Assembly (NCBI GenBank): GCA_044356295.1
Contig: JBIKWN010000054.1
Location: forward strand, 1 to 16,878
Source: Bdellovibrionota bacterium
Lineage (GTDB): Bacteria; Bdellovibrionota_C; UBA2361; JBIKWN01
DNA: 16,878 nucleotides
Direction: 5' to 3'
Part shown: piece after piece, positions 14,216-16,878 of the stretch
How positions within the stretch are numbered: the stretch's first letter is position 1
How the letters are laid out: the number at the start of each line of letters is the position of its first letter
Notes under the pieces: model-generated
Told to the model about the DNA's origin: nothing
Database searches by the model: none
What the model saw: only the letters and a program-made list of their open reading frames with translations
Made by a program: the position numbers and the translations under genes

Positions 14216-15907
14216 TCAGTGAACGAGATGCTGATTGTGGTTCTCTTCTGAAAGTTTTGATATCTCGAGAAGAACTTCTTCAAGTGATACTGGTTTTGCT
14301 AGAAATCTATCGACACCTTGTTTTAATTGTTCTTCAATTGAGTAATTAAATGCATCTCTGCTGAGATACATCAGTGGTAGCGATACTGATTCTAATTTTT
14401 TACGAATCGATTGAAATGATTCATTCGGATATGTTTTTGAATAAGATTCATCTACTAAGATAACTTGAGGACGAGTTGCGCTCTTAACATCAAGTGTTTT
14501 AAGGTGCCATTCTACCATACATCCTTTCTTCGTTAAGTATTCAACTAAAAGAATATTTTCGGGATTTTTATATCCAATAAAACTTATTCGTGCTCCGATA
14601 ATTGTACTTTCTGGTTTTTTTTGAATAGTTGTCAGAAACTTATTATTTGAAAGATCTTTAATAGCTTCTTGAAAGATTACTGAAAATACTGTCCCCTCAC
14701 CAACTTCGGATCTAAAATCGATAGAACCACCGTTGACCTCTACAAGTCTTTTCGTAAGAGGCATACCAAGACCTGTTCCAGTTTGCTCAGCTGCGTATCC
14801 GTGGGTAACTCTTTCAAATGCGCCGAATACTTTTCCAAAATCGGCAGGTGCAATCCCACATCCGGTATCTTTTACTAAAATTTCAATTTTACCGCCAACA
14901 GTGCGCTCTGCTAAAAGTTCTATCGTTCCACCTTCTGGAGTATATTTTACAGCATTCGTAAGTAAGTTTATTAACACTTGCCGAAAATGCCGCCGATCAC
15001 ATAAAACTTCAGCATCAATATGTGCAGTAACAATAACTTTTTGTTTTTTTGAATGAGCCTGTACTTGAATAACATTTGATAGCTCTTTTAAAATTTCAGC
15101 TACTTGTATAGGTGTCTTTTGAGGTGCAACTTTTCCAGCTTCAACTCGGGCGTAGTCGAGTACATCATTTAATAGCTCTAGTAGGTGCTCGCCATTCGTT
15201 AGAATCATTCCGAGCAGGTCTTTTTGCTGTCCAGTTAATTCACCTGTCATCCCATCTTTCATAACTTCTGAGGCATTTAAAATGACGCCAAGTGGACCAC
15301 GAAGTTCATGACTAAGTCCTGCAAGAAATCCAGTTTTTGCTTTTAGTGAGTCCTCTTGTAGACGTCTTGCCCTCTGAATTTCAGTGATGAAATTTGAATT
15401 TATGATTGTAAGGTTTGCATACTGTGCATACATTTTCAGAGCTTGTTCCTGCGGAGAGAGCGGATACTTTTTAAAACTTGCTCGTAGAACCCCTACTGCT
15501 TCACCAGCGAAATGTAATTGCTCTACAAGTGTTACGTTGCCGAGAATTGAAATCTGACCCGAACTTCCTCCAAGCATTTCATCAATAGGTTCACTAAATG
15601 GGGTCCCCGATACGATTGATTGTCTATACGATTTAGATTCCTTGTCGTAGAGACAAATCTCAACACCTATTGCTTCTAGGGAAACTCTTGCTTCAGACAC
15701 AAGCTCTTGTAAAAGAAGGAGTCGCTGCTTACTGGAAACAATTGGTTGTTCAAGTAGCGAGAGCATCTGTTTTGATGGACCCTTTTCAGAAGGAGCGCCA
15801 AAAAATAGGAGTGAAAACCTTTCGTTAAGAAACGTTAAACAATCAATACATTTTTGGAATAAACTACGCCACACCACATGGAGTATATCGACCAATGTTG
15901 AGATCAA
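14216..15907 (-). CDS. Hybrid sensor histidine kinase (GAF-like input, HisKA, HATPase_c, atypical receiver)
   Basis: H-box FLAGLSHELRGPL, N-box RQVLINLLTNAVKYT, DTGCGI, GTGLGM, C-terminal REC-like PQVILVD…LMYLS…FLAKPV. Start codon uncertain (TTG 15907 is the longest option). Confidence 0.9.
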   Translation of the reverse strand: MISTLVDILHVVWRSLFQKCIDCLTFLNERFSLLFFGAPSEKGPSKQMLSLLEQPIVSSKQRLLLLQELVSEARVSLEAIGVEICLYDKESKSYRQSIVSGTPFSEPIDEMLGGSSGQISILGNVTLVEQLHFAGEAVGVLRASFKKYPLSPQEQALKMYAQYANLTIINSNFITEIQRARRLQEDSLKAKTGFLAGLSHELRGPLGVILNASEVMKDGMTGELTGQQKDLLGMILTNGEHLLELLNDVLDYARVEAGKVAPQKTPIQVAEILKELSNVIQVQAHSKKQKVIVTAHIDAEVLCDRRHFRQVLINLLTNAVKYTPEGGTIELLAERTVGGKIEILVKDTGCGIAPADFGKVFGAFERVTHGYAAEQTGTGLGMPLTKRLVEVNGGSIDFRSEVGEGTVFSVIFQEAIKDLSNNKFLTTIQKKPESTIIGARISFIGYKNPENILLVEYLTKKGCMVEWHLKTLDVKSATRPQVILVDESYSKTYPNESFQSIRKKLESVSLPLMYLSRDAFNYSIEEQLKQGVDRFLAKPVSLEEVLLEISKLSEENHNQHLVH

Positions 15908-15950
15908 CTAAATAGGACTTTAGTGGGATGTAAAAAGCGTGAAAAATAAG

Positions 15951-16736
15951 TTATACGCCGAGAAAATCACGATTTACTGTATAAAACCCAGGTTGTTTAT
16001 TCATAAGAACGAGTCCCAAGGACAGGGCTCCGCGAGCAAAAATTGCCCTATCCCAAGCACGATGCGTTAATTCTAAACGTTCACCTTGGCCAATAAAATA
16101 TACTGTATGTTCACCAACGACTGTGCCACCACGTATTGCAGTTACCCCTAAGGATTCTGGGCTTCTTGCAGCATGAATTGCACCCCTATCATGTACAACA
16201 TCAAGAGTACGACCTTCTTTTTTAATAGCATCGGCAAGGAGAACTGCTGTCCCAGAAGGCGCATCTTTCTTTTGATTATGATGAATCTCGCTTATTTCAA
16301 TATCAAAAGAATCACCCAACATGATTCGAGCACTTTTACACAACTCAACAAGTGCTAAAACACCGATGGAAGTATTGGGAGCTCTGAGTAATGGAAAATG
16401 ACCATTGGCGAAATCGCCTAAAATCTTAATTTGTTCCGGGGTAAAGCCAGTGGTAGCAACAAGTAATGGAGTCTTAGTGGATTTACAATACTCAGCTAGA
16501 GGTATTGTAGCGCTTGGGGTTGTGAAATCTAGAATCACATCAAGCGATATCTTTTTTATCTGTAACTCTTCAACGGTATACTGTTCAATAGATTCGCCAG
16601 TATCAAGAAATAAACCATTAGAATTTTTATTTCTAACAATAGCTACTAACTGAAAGTCTTTTTTCAGGTCACCAAAAACACTTAAAATGTATCTTCCAGT
16701 TTTACCTGTTAAACCCTGAACGCCAATTTTTTTCAC
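15951..16736 (-). CDS. dapB: 4-hydroxy-tetrahydrodipicolinate reductase
   Basis: GLTGKTG, DVILDFT, ATTG, APNTSIG, EIHHNQKKDAPSGTA, RGGTVVGEHTV, LELTHRA. GTG start 4 nt after the dapA stop. Confidence 0.95.
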   Translation of the reverse strand: MKKIGVQGLTGKTGRYILSVFGDLKKDFQLVAIVRNKNSNGLFLDTGESIEQYTVEELQIKKISLDVILDFTTPSATIPLAEYCKSTKTPLLVATTGFTPEQIKILGDFANGHFPLLRAPNTSIGVLALVELCKSARIMLGDSFDIEISEIHHNQKKDAPSGTAVLLADAIKKEGRTLDVVHDRGAIHAARSPESLGVTAIRGGTVVGEHTVYFIGQGERLELTHRAWDRAIFARGALSLGLVLMNKQPGFYTVNRDFLGV

Positions 16737-16740
16737 AATA

Positions 16741-16878
16741 TCACAAAACCTTTTTTAGCTTTTCAATAGTTGAAGGTTCTGCAGGGACAAGTGGTAAACG
16801 TACCATGTCAGATGCGATTATACCTTGAAGTTTCAAAGCAACCTTAACTGGGATTGGATTAGTTTCGATAAAGAGAGC
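16741..16878 (-). CDS. dapA: 4-hydroxy-tetrahydrodipicolinate synthase, C-terminal fragment (5' end outside window)
   Basis: Manual translation of the minus strand from 16878: ALFIETNPIPVKVALKLQGIIASDMVRLPLVPAEPSTIEKLKKVL*, the typical DapA C-terminus. It lies directly upstream of dapB. Confidence 0.92.
   Translation of the reverse strand, partial: ALFIETNPIPVKVALKLQGIIASDMVRLPLVPAEPSTIEKLKKVL

Noticed and set aside
315..16653. Short alternative-frame or antisense ORFs in the track (e.g. 315-569, 833-1105, 3188-3550, 5026-5403, 11008-11277, 14733-15056, 16405-16653)
   Set aside because: They are shadows of well-supported genes, with no recognisable motifs or SD.

Overview
AT-rich, gene-dense bacterial chromosomal segment from a flagellated Gram-negative organism (Omp85 barrel plus flagellin). 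A deltaproteobacteria-like/Bdellovibrionota-like origin is only my inference. Left to right: the 3' part of a Pup-ligase/deamidase (PafA/Dop) family gene running in from the left edge; a secreted, membrane-anchored PsbP-like protein; an HU protein with a Lys/Ala/Pro-rich N-tail and its terminator; a minus-strand iscS-mnmA-rnc-der operon with a candidate 18-aa sORF downstream; a degenerate DUF2726 membrane protein; a small protein ending GNLDLVA; a ComEA-like HhH protein; an orphan short flagellin with CsrA-type leader hairpins; an acyl-CoA dehydrogenase-bcp pair; an Omp85/TamA-like protein; two small divergent hypotheticals; a hybrid histidine kinase; dapB; and the 3' end of dapA. I saw no tRNA/rRNA, CRISPR array or mobile element. 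The most notable items are (1) the divergent PafA/Dop homolog in a diderm non-actinobacterium, hinting at a Pup/UBact-like tagging system just upstream of the window, (2) a possible dispersed sigma28/CsrA motility regulon with two small proteins sharing a C-terminal [LI]D[LI]x[AV] motif and an identical upstream 9-mer, and (3) an unannotated sORF with AGGAGG behind der. All family calls come from motif recognition, not database searches.
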